A DNA stretch of 64,000 nucleotides from Yuukianura sp. NJ FZ-2021. Taxonomy: Eukaryota. The position numbers and the translations under genes were made by a program. Location of the stretch: assembly GCA_046563655.1 (NCBI GenBank), contig CM102284.1, positions 2,852,001 to 2,916,000 of the forward strand, read 5' to 3'. The notes under the pieces were generated by a model. That model searched no databases and had not been told where the DNA came from. It saw only the letters and a list, made by a program, of their open reading frames with translations. Each line of letters starts with the position of its first letter. Position 1 is the first letter of the stretch. Shown one piece after another: positions 35,410 through 50,566 of this stretch.

Positions 35410-38400
35410 TCATTTAATATAAATACTAGTTAAATGTGGTAATATACGGTTGTCACCATGAGCTTGGGATTCATTATCAGCGTTCATCGTTCTTCGAGAG
35501 AACCTACTTCCACTTTTTTAGTTTTGGACCATCTTGATTTCCGTTTTTTGGTTAGCGAACTGGCTGATACCTTTGACGGGGGACTGTCTGCAGCATAGAT
35601 GTTTTCTTCGTCACTTTTAGCACGTTCATCGCGTGCCTTTTTTGAACTCCCAGCGTTGCACTAGGAATGATGGAGGGTCAGTTTTATGCCATATATATAG
35701 TTTACCAATAAATAAATGCATATTGGATTTTTGAATATTTTTAAATACTTAAATACTTTGAACAAAACAAACATACGACACAAAAAGATTAAAAAATTTG
35801 TAAGACTTACTTCCATATCTGCCCCGTATTTTTCGATTTTCGAAATTACGTATTTCAAGTCGTCTTCATTTGTGTCGATTATGTCAATTTTTAAAAATCC
35901 GTATTTTCCATTCTCGTAAACTGTGCTGTTTGTATAGTACACTCCTGGAACGCGATTCTCTTTTAAAATTCCTTCCAGTTGCATTTGTATCTAACAAAAA
36001 GAAATTACATATTTCACATTCACAATTTCACATAATGAATTTAAAAAATAAATGGAAAAGCTTAAGATTTACCCCATCAAGCACTTCTGGTCCAAGTTCT
36101 TCTTTGTATTCTTTTGGTGTATAAACGAAACAAATACTCGTTAGTGAAAACGCAGGCAAGACAAGATTGAAGGACGGGTAGGTTTTCATAATTTTGATTG
36201 CGGTTTGTGTTGTGTCCATAAGACCATCAATTCGATCGGCAACCTTGTTCAATCCCTAAAAAAAACAAAAAGGTTAAACAAATTAATGTTCAAAAAATTC
36301 CAAGAAGTTTAAAACCCTATTTTGAATTCACCCAAAGGAAAAAAAAACGAACAAATTGAACAAACTTTTCAAAAATTGAAAACTTTAGAAATGGGACTTT
36401 TTTGAATTTCCAATTAATACCTCTGATTTCAGATTGATCCAGTACTTGAATTCGTCTGAACTTCTAGATCCAGGTGACCTCGGGTCATCTTCGTCTTCAT
36501 CAGCAGTTTTGTTGTTCTTTGGTTTAAAAACTTCGTCGAAGATGTTTTCGTATTTGGTCACAACGATGGCAAATTTCATCGATTCGCCTTTGTAGAATCT
36601 CCTCGGGCTGAAGGAAAATGAGTCCGAACTGCAAAGAACAACATATAAAAAAAAGAACAGATGCATTTACGGTCGCCGAAAACAAAATCGTGGTACTTTT
36701 TATATTTTTAATACGCTTCGTTTTTTTTTCAAATTTTTTTGTTGAAAGTTTTGGTTTGCTTGCACGCTTACTTTTCAATTCCACCAAGCTTCTTTTTGTA
36801 TCTCTTGGAAAAGATCAACGGGCCACCAAAATGACCGTCAATATGAAACCACAAGTCATACTTATCACAAACCGATCTGATTTCATTGAAGTTGTCCACT
36901 GCTCCAAGGACGTCCGATCCCAATGTACTGACGACCAAAAATGGTTCCTTGTCACCCGAGTCCAAATCTTCCTTGATGGCTTTCTTTAGTGCAGCGACAT
37001 CCATTTCACCGTTACTGTCAACCGGTATGTATCTGCAGTTGTCCATTCCAATTCCAAGGTTTCCTGCTGCCTTGATCCATGTCCAGAATCCTTCCGTACT
37101 CATGTACATCACAAGCGTCTTGTCTCCAATCTTCTTCTTACTTTGTTTGTAGTACCTTGCCAATGTGACTGTGTAGAGTGTTACTGTGGATCCGTCGGCA
37201 CTAACGGTGATTGCATCCCCGTCTCCATTAGGGTATCCCACTTTTGTTCGGATGTATTTTTCCAGTTCTTCCTTAAAGGATTCAAAAGGAGGTGAAGATT
37301 CTTTGGAATTCATGGAAGGAGACATGAACGATGTTAGAAAATCTGCCATTAGAGTCACAATGTTGCCTCTGCAATAATAATACAAAAGAAAAAAGTTTTA
37401 TAACTTATTTTTAAAAATAAGCAATACATACATATGTAACAACTTATGTTTGAAAATATAATAATACATAAATAGTTTATAACATATTGTCATACTTGTC
37501 AAACATCTTGAAGCCATCTTGGAATCCTTGGAAAGGGAATGGGGAGCCTGGTGTTGGGGAAGAGCTGTCATTTCCCTTAGGAATTTGAGTGAACATGCCT
37601 ATAAAGTCTCCCATGAACGGCATCACATCTTTCTTCTTCATCCCGAATTCCCCAAGCGCCAAATCCACAGCCTTATCTTTCTTGTTATCAGAATTTCCTC
37701 CTTTGAAGAAGAGTTCAAACATTCCTTTGAAGAACGGAATGTGCAAGTCCGGCATTAAGGCGTTTACGTAGGGAACGTAGCCATCTTTCGACATTGCCAT
37801 CGGAGATAGCTGGTTGATTCTTTTCGACAGTAATTCGGAGCATTGTCCTAAAATATATTTTGATAGCAATATTTTGATAGTGCGTATTGGTATGAGCATT
37901 ACATTTAAAAGCATTTGAGCTTTAGTTTGAACAGTAGTAAAGGGTGTGGCAAGTAAAATTAGACGCCTGAAATTCGTTGCTACCGGCAACTTGACGCGGA
38001 ACTGTATATAGGGGTCGCAAACTCGATTCTGGAGACGGACTCGAACTCGAGTACTCGTCCATTTTTTTGGGACTCGAGACTCGAGTCTTCGGCTTTTCAA
38101 ACTCGAGTCTCACTTCAAAATTGAACCAAATTGAGGTGCTAGTTTTGCTTACCCAAAGTTGTTTTATATAACACGGTAAAATTGAAAGTTCAAAAAATCG
38201 AATCCGGTTTGCATTAGTGCAGGGGCCCCTTCAAATCAAAAAATTTCCCGGTTCGCTTTTTGTCCGAAACGCAATTAAAACTCATTCTGACACTCTGAAA
38301 CACGGAATGAGCTTTTCCAAAAAAAAATTTTCCTCGAAGTTTCGAATTTGAGTAAAACATTCCCATCTTTTGAGAAACATCTTTTTCTCAACTTTTTCAA

Positions 38401-41400
38401 AAAAAAAAAACAAGCAATTCTTTCCTCTCATTTTTCACGACGTTTACAAGCTATTTCCAGTCGTTTTGCACAGACTTCTTTTTTGTTGGGAAGGGAGCCC
38501 CCTTTGTATGCATGTTTTTGGAATTTGATTTTTTGAACTTTTCCGAAATGAACGGGTTGAGGTCAAAGGGTTGAACGCTTCGATCTCAATAAGTGGTCGG
38601 AAGAAAATTCTAAAGGTGAATAGGACGGTTGGACGTGCCCGGGGCGATCCCCAACAAGAATGCTACGCATTCTGGTATAATCTGTAGTCATTCCATTCTC
38701 CTTAATTCCCGGAATAGCTAATTTAAGGTTCAAAGTGAGACTGGAGTCTGGACTCGAGTATAGACTCGTCGCCCAAATTCTGGACTCGAAACTCGATTCT
38801 CAAAAACTAGACGAGTCTGCGACCCCTAACTGTATACCATGTGGGGGAAATAATACTCCCTAAAGTTTATCTTCCTCATTTATGGAAATTTAAAAAATTC
38901 CAAAATATTGATTTTTAAAAACCCAATTACACCTTCTAACTTTCCACAGAAGGACTTTTGGAAAAAGTCAGGATTAGGCTTACAAATTCACTAAAGTGCA
39001 TTCAAGATCAGATGATATGTATACATACCTTTTTTGTTTCCTGCTAAATCGTTGGCGTGACATTCAATCGTATCAAGGACGTAGAGGATATCCGGTTCCG
39101 TCATAATTGAGTTAGAAAGCGGGAACATAAAGTGCTTCGGTTCACCTGGCAAGCGTCGTTTTGTAGAAATGTAAACAAAGCCTTGCAGGAGGAGTCGAAA
39201 TTTCAAATCTTTGGTAAACTATAATACCCAAACAAAAAGTTTTCAAGTAAACCAACCAAGTTCAATATTATTTCACATAGTTTCGCTTTCACAAAAATTG
39301 GAATCGATATGAAACTTAATCAACAAACGGCATACCTTGTCCATTTCTGCGATGTTTGAATCCTTGTCTTTTAAGTTTGATGGAATGACACGGAATGCCA
39401 CCAGGGGAGTGTCCGATTCCGTCGTCAAGAGTTTAAACATTGGCCGCTTGCGCATATGTTTTCTCGTGAGTTTTGTAAGATTGTATGAGTACTCAACATG
39501 TTGGCGCAAACCACGGTAACCCTATGGTAATAAATAGTATATTAAAATATAATTTTATAAATATTTAACTAGAAACTTACCTTGATGAACCACATAAGCC
39601 ATGTTTTTCCAGCATCGGTGATTTTGGGTGATTGCATTAATTGCATTCCAAGATGTGAAGCTAAGTACGTTTTCAGTTTCTCTATATCAAAAAGACTTTT
39701 AAAAATGCCATCGTCTCGCGTAATTAAGAAACTAGCTGGATACGGGACACCCAGCAAGCTTGCAAAGCTGAACGCAAACGAGTTAGACCTAAAACATGAA
39801 ATAATATATTTAAAATATTATTTACAAATATGAAGTATATTTTACTTCGTACACAGTGACAACAATATGTAATGTTTTTACCGTTCTACTCCTTTCCACT
39901 TCTCTTTGATGTCGTTCGAAAACAAGCATGGTCCACCATGCGTACCATCAATGTGTAGCCATATTTTATACTTTTCGGTGATCTTGACAATAGCTTCAAT
40001 CGGATCTACTGCTCCCAGTGTAGTTGATCCTACTTGGGCGATTACCATAACCGGATTCATTCCTTTGCCCTTTGACTCCTTAATTTTCCTTTCCAAATCT
40101 GCTGGATCCATTCGACCTTCTTCGTCCATGGCAACCCGCACAATGTAGTCATCCGGTATTCCTAGATTTCGGTAAAACAAGTATACACAATTTTATTACA
40201 TGAATCTTTACCAGATTTTAGATTCAAGTTTTAGATTCAAAACCAAATATATTTAGTTTATACCTGAGAAAAGTCCGAAAATGATTTTCTGGACTTCATA
40301 GTTTCCTTCAGAAACCAGAAGAGCCGGAGATCCATTCCCTTTTCCACCTCCTATCAATTTGGTGAAACCGAATGCCGCAAACAGAGGACACTTGACGGAC
40401 ATCGCAAGTTCCAATGCCTTCAGATTGGCTAAACACTCTCCAAAAATCATGACTCCATCTCCGTTTGGATAACCTGAACAAAATATTTGAAAGAGATAAA
40501 AATTATACTCCAACGACAACATCAGTCAGCTATTAATGAACAACGCACTATGCTATACGTTAGATTTCAGTCTATATGTAAATAGTATTGAAATGTTTAC
40601 CTAAAATAAAATGTGTAACCCACCTATTAGGATACGAATTTGATGAACAAGGAGTCTTTGAACTATCCACCAAAACGTGTACACAGCAAGTTCAATTTCG
40701 ACGTGATAGCCTTTTCCACAGATCAGAATAGCGGTGGTAACGGTAACAGATAGAATGTCTCCAATCACAGCGTAGGGGTCCAATCTGACCATTAGTTTAG
40801 AAATATACAAAACTACCCAAACGTTTTTGCGAAGTATACTTTTCGAAAAAATTTGGCTAATTTTGTTTATCATGATATCAACAAAAAAAATTTTGTATCA
40901 AGATATACATATGATACCAAAAAAAAATCTGTTGAACAAAAGCCCAGAAGCATATGCAATGTTTGTGAATGTGATAAGTTTACATGTAAAAATTTACTGA
41001 GACATACCCAGCCGCATCTCTCTTCAAGTAGAATGGATGTGCCCTGTGCGGTGAATCCGAAATGACAAATTCGTAAATTGTGAGTATCGTTTCCAGCGAC
41101 TCCTCGTCGTCTCCGAAAGCCGTGTCGACTTTCTTATTTTTTGGCTTTGATTTCGGTTTGCCGACGCTTGTTGTTGGTTCTTCGTAGTTAAATGGCGTTT
41201 TGTCTTTCTCTTCTGGAGTACCGAAGAACATTCCCTTTTTGAAAAACATGCGAATGCAATCAAACACAAACAACCCGTTAGAAAAATCAGGAGGTTTAAA
41301 ATCCGTGGGCATAAAGTCCGGAGAGAAGCCAGGCGGACCCATGCCGGAACCAGGCGGACTCATCCCGGAACCAGGCGGACCCATGCCGCCGTGACCCGGT

Positions 41401-41777
41401 TTCCCGGGAAAAAATGATCCAAATCCCGGACTGTCATCTGATCCTGGCTCATCATCATCTCGTGATTTCGGACGTTTTGACTTTTTTGAATGTGAAAATC
41501 CAGGAGGCCCGGAATCTTCTGAACTATCTGATTTTTTCGGACCTTTCCCATGAAACTTTGACCCACCAAAACCTGGAGGTCCGCTGTCCGCATCTGAAAT
41601 TGAAACAAATTCCTTATGTGACCTTAAGACCAAAAGACATTGTCTTTTTTTATTGCGCAAATCTTCAATAATGATTTGAGATTTTAAAGAATGCTTACCG
41701 GGTCCTCCAAACCCAAACTGGCATAGAATAACCGGAATTTGAATTGTAATGAAAAAAATTAAGATCCAAGTAGACAT
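35410..41777 (-). CDS. Secreted multi-exon protein with two tandem group II PLP-dependent decarboxylase-like (GAD/CSAD-like) domains, both apparently lacking the catalytic Lys
   Basis: Signal peptide MSTWILIFFITIQIPVILC and a Gly/Pro/Ser-rich linker. Domain 1: GYPNGDG, GSTTLGAVDPI, WLHIDGTHGG. Domain 2: GYPNGDGD, LGIGMDN, GSDVLGAVDNF, WFHIDGHFGG. Donor after 39029 and acceptor before 37847 are phase-compatible (KKG-QCSE). The last exon and stop are less certain. Confidence 0.75.
38009..38828. mobile_element. Non-autonomous hAT-type MITE, 820 bp, in the intron between the two decarboxylase domains
   Basis: TIRs TAGGGGTCGCAAACTCG...CGAGTCTGCGACCCCTA; perfect 8-bp TSD ACTGTATA at 38001-38008 and 38829-38836; subterminal ACTCGA(G) motif arrays. 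Confidence 0.92.
41330..41392 (-). repeat. Coding 21-bp tandem repeat (GM(G/S)PPGS x3)
   Basis: ccaggcggacccatgccggaa-like units giving GMGPPGSGMSPPGSGMGPPGF. Confidence 0.7.
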
Positions 41778-44226
41778 TTTGAAATCCCTTATGCTTTTAA
41801 ATGACGTCTGTAGTGTTCTCTAACCTGGCACAATCCTAAGTGACGACCACACTAAACCCGAAATACAATGAGTTCCTGGTTAGGTTGACTTCCGCATTAG
41901 GTTAGTGAATTTTATATTCTAATTGAACTTTTATAGCGTAAGACGAGGAAGTCCAGAGAAAAATCATTAATCACAGGAACTCATAAAAAATCGGAGATTA
42001 ATCGTGGCAATTTCAAAATAGGTGAAACGACTCTACTTGTTTCGGTATTGCTGACCTTTCTATTCACAGGAATGTCAGTCGCTGAATGTCGTAGTTGCTT
42101 GGTCATCTGCTGTTGCTTTCCCGGACTCTTTTGATACATGAAATGTAAGTTTTGCATGTAAACATTTTAAGGTGAAAAACGTTTTCAGTCATGCGCATGC
42201 TCATAACCTAATCTTACGTAGACGCCTAACCTTTAACAGGAAACGAAAGTTGATGATTTATGAGGTAAAGTGTTTGACACTTTCGATCATACTATTACTA
42301 CTAACGATCTTGCGACATTGAAAGAAGGCGGAGTTGATAAAGGTAGACGGATTTCAAAACGACGCTCCCTCATATGGGAGTGAAACCTGCGCATGAGTAT
42401 TTCTTCCCTAAACTTTTTGAGACAGAAGATTTATCAAAACAAATGATCAAAACCGAAAGAAAAATGCGACTCCCAGAGTCAATAACTTTCACTTAAACTC
42501 CCAATTTAACCGCCAAAATTCCACGGCAAATAAATTGAAAGTTAGTCGTAATTGTCCATTATAAATGTTCAATTACAACTAACTATTGGATAGCCTCTAT
42601 CCAATTTAAGCATCTCCTTTTCGTTGCTTTTTGGAATCTAAAAAAAAAATCAAAACTCATTTTTATGTTCCTATTTTTTTTTAAAGTTGCTTGTTCGTGG
42701 ACGTTTGTGGTCAAATTTTAAAGAGGAGAAAAATTGTTTAACTTAAATCCAAATGTGTGATTGTGTCTAGCGACTTTAAGTGAAACTAAAAAAACAGTCC
42801 AAATTCATTTCTTGAGTTTTTTTTAAATGCAAAATATTGGCAAGGAAAGGTATAGTTCTATTATCAACTACCATGTAGTTATTTCTACAGTCATTTTGAA
42901 AGCCTCGGTATAAAATTTAGTAGTTTCCGCCAAAAACCTTCCACGGAGTAAACTTTGAAATTTTTGATCAAACGTAAAGTTGATACTTTTAAAACAATTG
43001 CTAAAATTAGGTCAAAGTCTATCAAATCCATGTTCCATATCATTTCAAAGTCATTGGTACTATTTTTCTAAACAACTTCTCCATTCTTTGGTAGATCTTC
43101 ACAATGGACTAAAATCCTCGTCATGTCAAGGTCTTTGAAAGATGGGTCAGTAAACTTTAAAGAAAAACATCGGATTTCCAAAGTTGAAGGGTGATTTTTA
43201 TCATTTTTATTACCGCAATCCGCTTCAGCAACAGCAATCTTTTAGTGAGTCTGTGAAACTTGTGGGTACGCAATCTACCATTGGCTTTCAGAAAAAGTCA
43301 AGACAGAAAAAACTATAGCTTCATTTCATAGAAAGAACCATAAAAGTAATTACCGTTTGACCTTTGCTTGTCAAACTTTTGTCACATCTCTGTCGATAAT
43401 GAAACCTAATATACATTATTGTCCTTAAACTAACTTTAAAACGTTTTAATTAGTTTTACAAATTAGAATAAAAATCAACGCTAATGCTAAGTCGCAGAAA
43501 CGCTGTGATAATGTAATTGTTACAAATAACAATTACAACGGAATTTCGAATTCAAATTTACAAAAACTCAGTTTCAGAATCGTCTTCACACATTGTATAA
43601 AAGAGTGAAGGAAAGATGGAACTTCCGCGCTATACCACATACCGTTACTGTCACGGCGACATTTGCAGTCACTAGCAATAATACTGTGGCTACAATTACT
43701 GTCGGTCGTTTCAATTAAGTTGCGCCAAACGCAGTATTCATACAATCTAACCACTCCTTGTCTCCACTGGGTGGTTACAAACATGACCTTGTTATACAAT
43801 GTGGTTACAACTGCGATAGTTCCAGTTTCCGGGCTCAAACATAACGTTATCTTTTTCACTGGCAGCTCCAATTTCAGCCTTAAAAATGTTGTGTTTTTGT
43901 CTCTTGTCGTGTTGTCAGCTTTTTTCTCATAAGTTATGAGTCATGACGAAGCTGAAAAGTAGAAACAAGACGCAGAGCATTTTAGAAGAAGACGGAACGA
44001 CAAACCAACGACTGCATTTAGCTTCGTAAGCCAAAACCAAAGCTTCAATAATACTGGTCGCAGGAAATCTTCATTCAGTTGATATTTGAGTTTCGAAGAA
44101 GGATCTTCTCTCATATTGGTAAGTAAGATTCAACGTTTTGTGAACTTTATAAACCTTAGTAACAACCATTTGCCTTCCAGGTTCGAGTATTACGTGTCAG
44201 TCCAACGCCAATCCAAGGTCATCGTG

Positions 44227-44745
44227 ATGTCTGGTCGTGGAGGAGGAAGCAATGGTGGGGGCGGTGGTGGGTACGGCCGTGGCGGAGGGTACAGCTACAA
44301 TGGTTCCGGAACGAACTCTCAGGTCAGTTGTATGTTCAAAGGTTACACGAGAAAACATGAAGGTCATTTGTCTGTGACCTGTGGCTTCAGCGTTAAAGCA
44401 TGGGACTAAAGTAGAACAAAGTATTACAATCCATGAATCCATCGAACACTGATTAGGTTCAGTTTAGGCTCAATGTTTAAATAGAAGCATATGAAAAAGC
44501 AATTATCGAATTTGTACTTAAACTTACTTTTCATTGTACAGGGCAACCACTACTGTTCCCGAAATTACGGCTCGGATGCACCGAATCCGAATTCATACCA
44601 TTACTCCAATGAGAACGGGAGTTACTACTACAGCAACCCGAATGGAAGCCAATACTACAACGATGGGAAGGGTGGAGGTTTCTACAATCCCCCTTCTGGA
44701 GGTCAAGGTCAAGGGGGCAACCAAGGGAGCCAGGGCCAACGTTAA
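44227..44745 (+). CDS. Small (~99 aa) Gly/Tyr/Asn/Ser-rich protein of a fungal-like family
   Basis: Exons 44227-44322 and 44542-44745 give ...YSYNGSGTNSQGNHYCSRNYG...NSYHYSNENGSYYYSNPNGSQYYNDGKGG, a motif string I recall from small uncharacterised fungal proteins. Confidence 0.75.
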
Positions 44746-45439
44746 CATCAGCAACCGAATTCCTCATCCAGCTCCACATTTTCACACTGCCATTTGTCAG
44801 TTAATTCATTAGTCCTTGTCACTTGTAAGTTTCTTGTAATCTTTTTTCCCATTGAGTGCCTTAAGCCTTAAAGCCATTTAAATTTCGGTTTTTTTCTCAC
44901 ATTAGCCTTGATTAATTCACACTTAGTAATGTCTTTTTCCCAATGAATTTCGTTTCCACACTTTCTTCAACTAAAAATAAAATACTGTACGCTTTTGCCC
45001 AAACGCTGCACAGCATCAAGCGTTTTTTTTTAAATCGACTCAACGTAAAAGCATACCTAATTCAAATTTACTTTTCATCGAATTTATACGTGTGTGAATT
45101 TTGTAACATTGCTGCCGAAAATTTTGAAACCGATTTTCAGTTTGTTTTTGCTTCCCGTATGCAGATTCTTTTACGATTTACTTACTAGTTCAGATTAAGC
45201 TTAAATATAGCTGACAACATTTCAAAGTAATAAGTTTCAATTAAAATTTTCAGTTTTAACAGTAGAAAACCAAACGATTCAAAAATTCAAACTTGTTCAT
45301 TAAAGAGTTACAACGGTTTGACATGAATGTTCTTAAAGATTTTCAGTGTTCTGTTGTGCTCGCAGTTATGTGATAGAGTTAAAAATTGTCGACTAATTAG
45401 AAGTGGTGAAAGTTTACTAAAATTTTTTAAGTATTTTAG

Positions 45440-47317
45440 TTATAATATAACCGATGAAACGTATGTGTTTATCAGTTCAACTGCTAAAAACACCGCAAAT
45501 GAAAAAATTATTCCAAATGCCCATAGTATGAATGCTCCTGACAGGTTTTCTAGCAACAGTGATTCTGCCTGGTGCCGATCCAAAGCACAATTCCACGCTG
45601 CGCCTGTGCTGGAAGTTTTCTTGTTAGTTTTTCCCTCTTTCCGCAAAAAATCAATGTCCATTTTAATCCATTTTTCAAATAAACCAAGATCTGTAGCCTG
45701 AGCAATCACAGCATCAAAATTGGCTAAAAACGGCGCATGCTTCTTCACCATACACCCGACGACAAGGGAAAACCGAAAGTCAGTTGACTGTAGAAACGGA
45801 GTTCGTCCATATTTGTCTGCGAAATGCAAATTCCCAATATAGTCTCCAACGTCGTACCATGAAAAACAAGCAGCACGGCTGCGTAGAACTTCTTCAAAGC
45901 ACTTCCGTGGATCAGTTTCTAGCTCAAGACGGGCTCTAATTTTTTGAAGTGTTGGATTCGTTGATTGCTTGATGTTGGAATAAGCAATTCCTTTGATATA
46001 GTATAAAATTGTACGAAAATTCGAATTTGCTAGCTGATCGTACGCTCTTGGTACAGTTTCCAGTTCTGGAAACATGAGTACGCTCATTAACTTTGAGCGG
46101 TAAGCTGTGACGACTACGACGCACGTCAACAGCCACACGGCCATTATCAATCGGGCAGCTACTGACAAGCGCAGGCGCAGAACTAGACTGGAGTCTCGTT
46201 CTAGAAGTCCGTCAAACCCAAATCCCAGAATGTTAAGCCAGCTTACTGACGCTGTTGGGTCAAAGGTCATTGCAATCCACAGTACAATCGACATGACTAA
46301 AAGCGACACGAACGTCAATGCCCACAAAGTAGGCGCCAGCGGGCGGAAGATGGATTTCCAACTGTAAAAAGGCGGTGGTTTGGCTACTGTGAATGCGTAT
46401 TTGTTAAAATAGTAAATTCGAGTAGTGTCGACATAAAAGTGTCGTTGATATGTCGTAGCGAGTTGGGAAATCATATGAGCCCTGCCTGAAACAACATCAC
46501 CTACGGCGCCAGTCCAAGTTCCATTGATCAGCATCCCTGCACCTCCGCCATCATGTGACCGAAAGTACTCAATGCTGAAATTAAATCGATTTCTCAAATG
46601 TTCAAAAATTGGCGCCGCCATACCACGTTTCAGCTTCCATGTCCCATTTGGCTGCTGTGTTATGTCTGTAATCCATGCAGCCAGAGTTGGTACGCTTACT
46701 CTTAACTTTTTCCCACCGAAACCATAACGTTCAATCAAGTCCGGAAAAATATCATTTCTGAACCTAGTAGACTTGAGGTCGATTTTGTGACTTTGGCCAT
46801 TTTCGCCGAAGGTAACAATACTGTTAGATGTTAGTGAAGCTTTGGTTGCTTGCGACGCGGTGACAACAATTCTGAATTTGAGTTTCGACTCTGGTAAAAT
46901 CTTGGAAAGCAATGAAAGTTGAGCATGCGTTGCCACTAACACAAAAAATGTTTTTGATGGATGTGCCTCTTCCACAAAATAAGAAACATATTGATCCAAT
47001 TTCTGTTCAACTTCAAATTGTGCCAAATTTTGAATAAATAGGACTGTCAAAATACAAAATTGACCTCTGCCAATTCTTGACACTGGAATAATATCGGACC
47101 CGACCATTTCGATATACGACCAATGAAATAAGTACGCACCTTTTGTGTGAGACAAAATTTTGCTAAACTTTGACATAAGATGACCATAGTCGCTTACTTG
47201 GTGCGTAACAACCACCAGTGAACATTCTTGCGTAGTTCGCTCCAGCAATTCTGGCAGAATCCCTGAAACGGTTGTAATGACTCCGAAGAAAAAATTTGGA
47301 AACAGTAGCAGACGCAT
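45440..47317 (-). CDS. Divergent ionotropic receptor (IR, iGluR-like chemoreceptor), intronless
   Basis: 625 aa; S1 NGTWTGAVGDVVSGRA, pre-M1 SIFRPLAPTLW, M3 TAYRSKLMSVL, C-terminal LLENLSGAFILW...FLAVE. Confidence 0.9.
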   Translation of the reverse strand: MRLLLFPNFFFGVITTVSGILPELLERTTQECSLVVVTHQVSDYGHLMSKFSKILSHTKGAYLFHWSYIEMVGSDIIPVSRIGRGQFCILTVLFIQNLAQFEVEQKLDQYVSYFVEEAHPSKTFFVLVATHAQLSLLSKILPESKLKFRIVVTASQATKASLTSNSIVTFGENGQSHKIDLKSTRFRNDIFPDLIERYGFGGKKLRVSVPTLAAWITDITQQPNGTWKLKRGMAAPIFEHLRNRFNFSIEYFRSHDGGGAGMLINGTWTGAVGDVVSGRAHMISQLATTYQRHFYVDTTRIYYFNKYAFTVAKPPPFYSWKSIFRPLAPTLWALTFVSLLVMSIVLWIAMTFDPTASVSWLNILGFGFDGLLERDSSLVLRLRLSVAARLIMAVWLLTCVVVVTAYRSKLMSVLMFPELETVPRAYDQLANSNFRTILYYIKGIAYSNIKQSTNPTLQKIRARLELETDPRKCFEEVLRSRAACFSWYDVGDYIGNLHFADKYGRTPFLQSTDFRFSLVVGCMVKKHAPFLANFDAVIAQATDLGLFEKWIKMDIDFLRKEGKTNKKTSSTGAAWNCALDRHQAESLLLENLSGAFILWAFGIIFSFAVFLAVELINTYVSSVIL

Positions 47318-47964
47318 CCCTTGAAAAGAATTTTACGACTGTCCATGTGCTGCTAATTTACGATTAAAACACTTTTCTAATTAAGTGAATGCGTGTCGCA
47401 TCATGTCATCATATCAAAAACATCAATTGTCGTTACAATGTTTAAGCAGTTTCCAATCAAGCAGGAAACGTAATTTCGCAAAGTACTGACTAATCTATTT
47501 TTAATAGAAACCAATTATACTTTATGTAGTTCATCCAATTCTAACTTAATTTAGAAAGCTGTCAAAATTTTCTTATTTTCGGTTTACTGTGCTGCAAGTG
47601 TGAAGTAATGTGTAAACAGTAAGTTGTAAGAAAAATCGTGGACTCTGAACTCTAACTAAAGATGCAAAATCCGGAATGATTGGTAGGACGCTAAGAAAAC
47701 TACAGCCACACTACAATGTCAATTTATAATGTATTTGTATAATATCAATTGGTATTTATGTTTTTAGTAGTAATGCCGTTTCATGCTTGCATATAACTAA
47801 TGTTGAGTAAAATTAAACGCTAAATGGAAAAGCAGAGGTTGAAGAGTAAAATTATTCTGGAATTTGAAGTGCCGAAATGATGGGTAACTGTTCTTTTTTA
47901 GCTAGGAAGTTGCAAAAAGTGATAAACACGGAGCAGTTGTGTTTGGGACTTTCTTGCTATTGTT

Positions 47965-49601
<1,637 letters not shown>

Positions 49602-50566
49602 CTTTTCAATTTGTAACTAAAAGTGTTGCAAAATTCTTTTTCAATATCCTTTACGCTTGGGTTACCTCATGTGGAGCTGATTTAATCAAAAATCTTTATT
49701 TCGAATCATAAAATTCCTGAATGGGATTGTAGAGAGTCATTCAATTAAATTTCATGTAAACTGACCCTAAGGTTTATGCCTGAAGAAAGGCATCCATTGT
49801 ACAGTTTTTTAAGTTGTGTAGTTTGTTGGCGTTACTTCCCGCGGTAGGTTTGCGTGAGAACTTCCCTTCGTTTTTTCACTCCAGTAGTTTCTCACAGGAC
49901 ACTTCTTGAGGAAAGAACTCTCTTTCAGACGTCTTTCTTTCTCAGTAGCACATAGTGCGTGTTAGTACTGTAAGCAGAGGTCATTGGAATTTAGCGGAGT
50001 GGAACAATTGTTGGAGTATTAAATCATGTAAGCAAAACTACACAAAAATTATAAACTGTAGGTAAAGTCAAACAATTTTAGAATTTTCCATCGCATCGTT
50101 GACATTTTTTTGAATTTTGAATTTTTTTTAGGTTATTAGGCGATTTCTTTCAGTACGTAGTTCTCGCCATTTTTGTACTTGGCATGGGCAAATTCCTTGT
50201 CTCCGTTTGTCTTCTAATTTATGATCTCAGAATGAAGTAAGGGAATTGAATCAGCTAATTAAACATCATATGGAGAACTAAAATCACATCAGTCAATAGG
50301 TTTAAGACATCTTAATTGAAAGTTTTATTAAACTACACTGCGAATATTATATAGCAGTAATTTTTAGCAGTTAAACTAATTTTTGTGGTATATTTCTTAC
50401 ATATTTTACCTACATCTAATAGTACACTAGATGTACTATTTGGTACGATATATGATACTGAAACAATAAAAGCTATGGTGTTGAATAGAACGTAAAGTGG
50501 TTTCTCAAGCTCTATCTTTGGCGTGAAATAGTAAACGACTTTATAATTTTTATGACAGGTTACATA

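Noticed and set aside
43533-43932. 112-aa and 89-aa overlapping ORFs
   Set aside because: No ATG start, recognisable motif or convincing splice structure.
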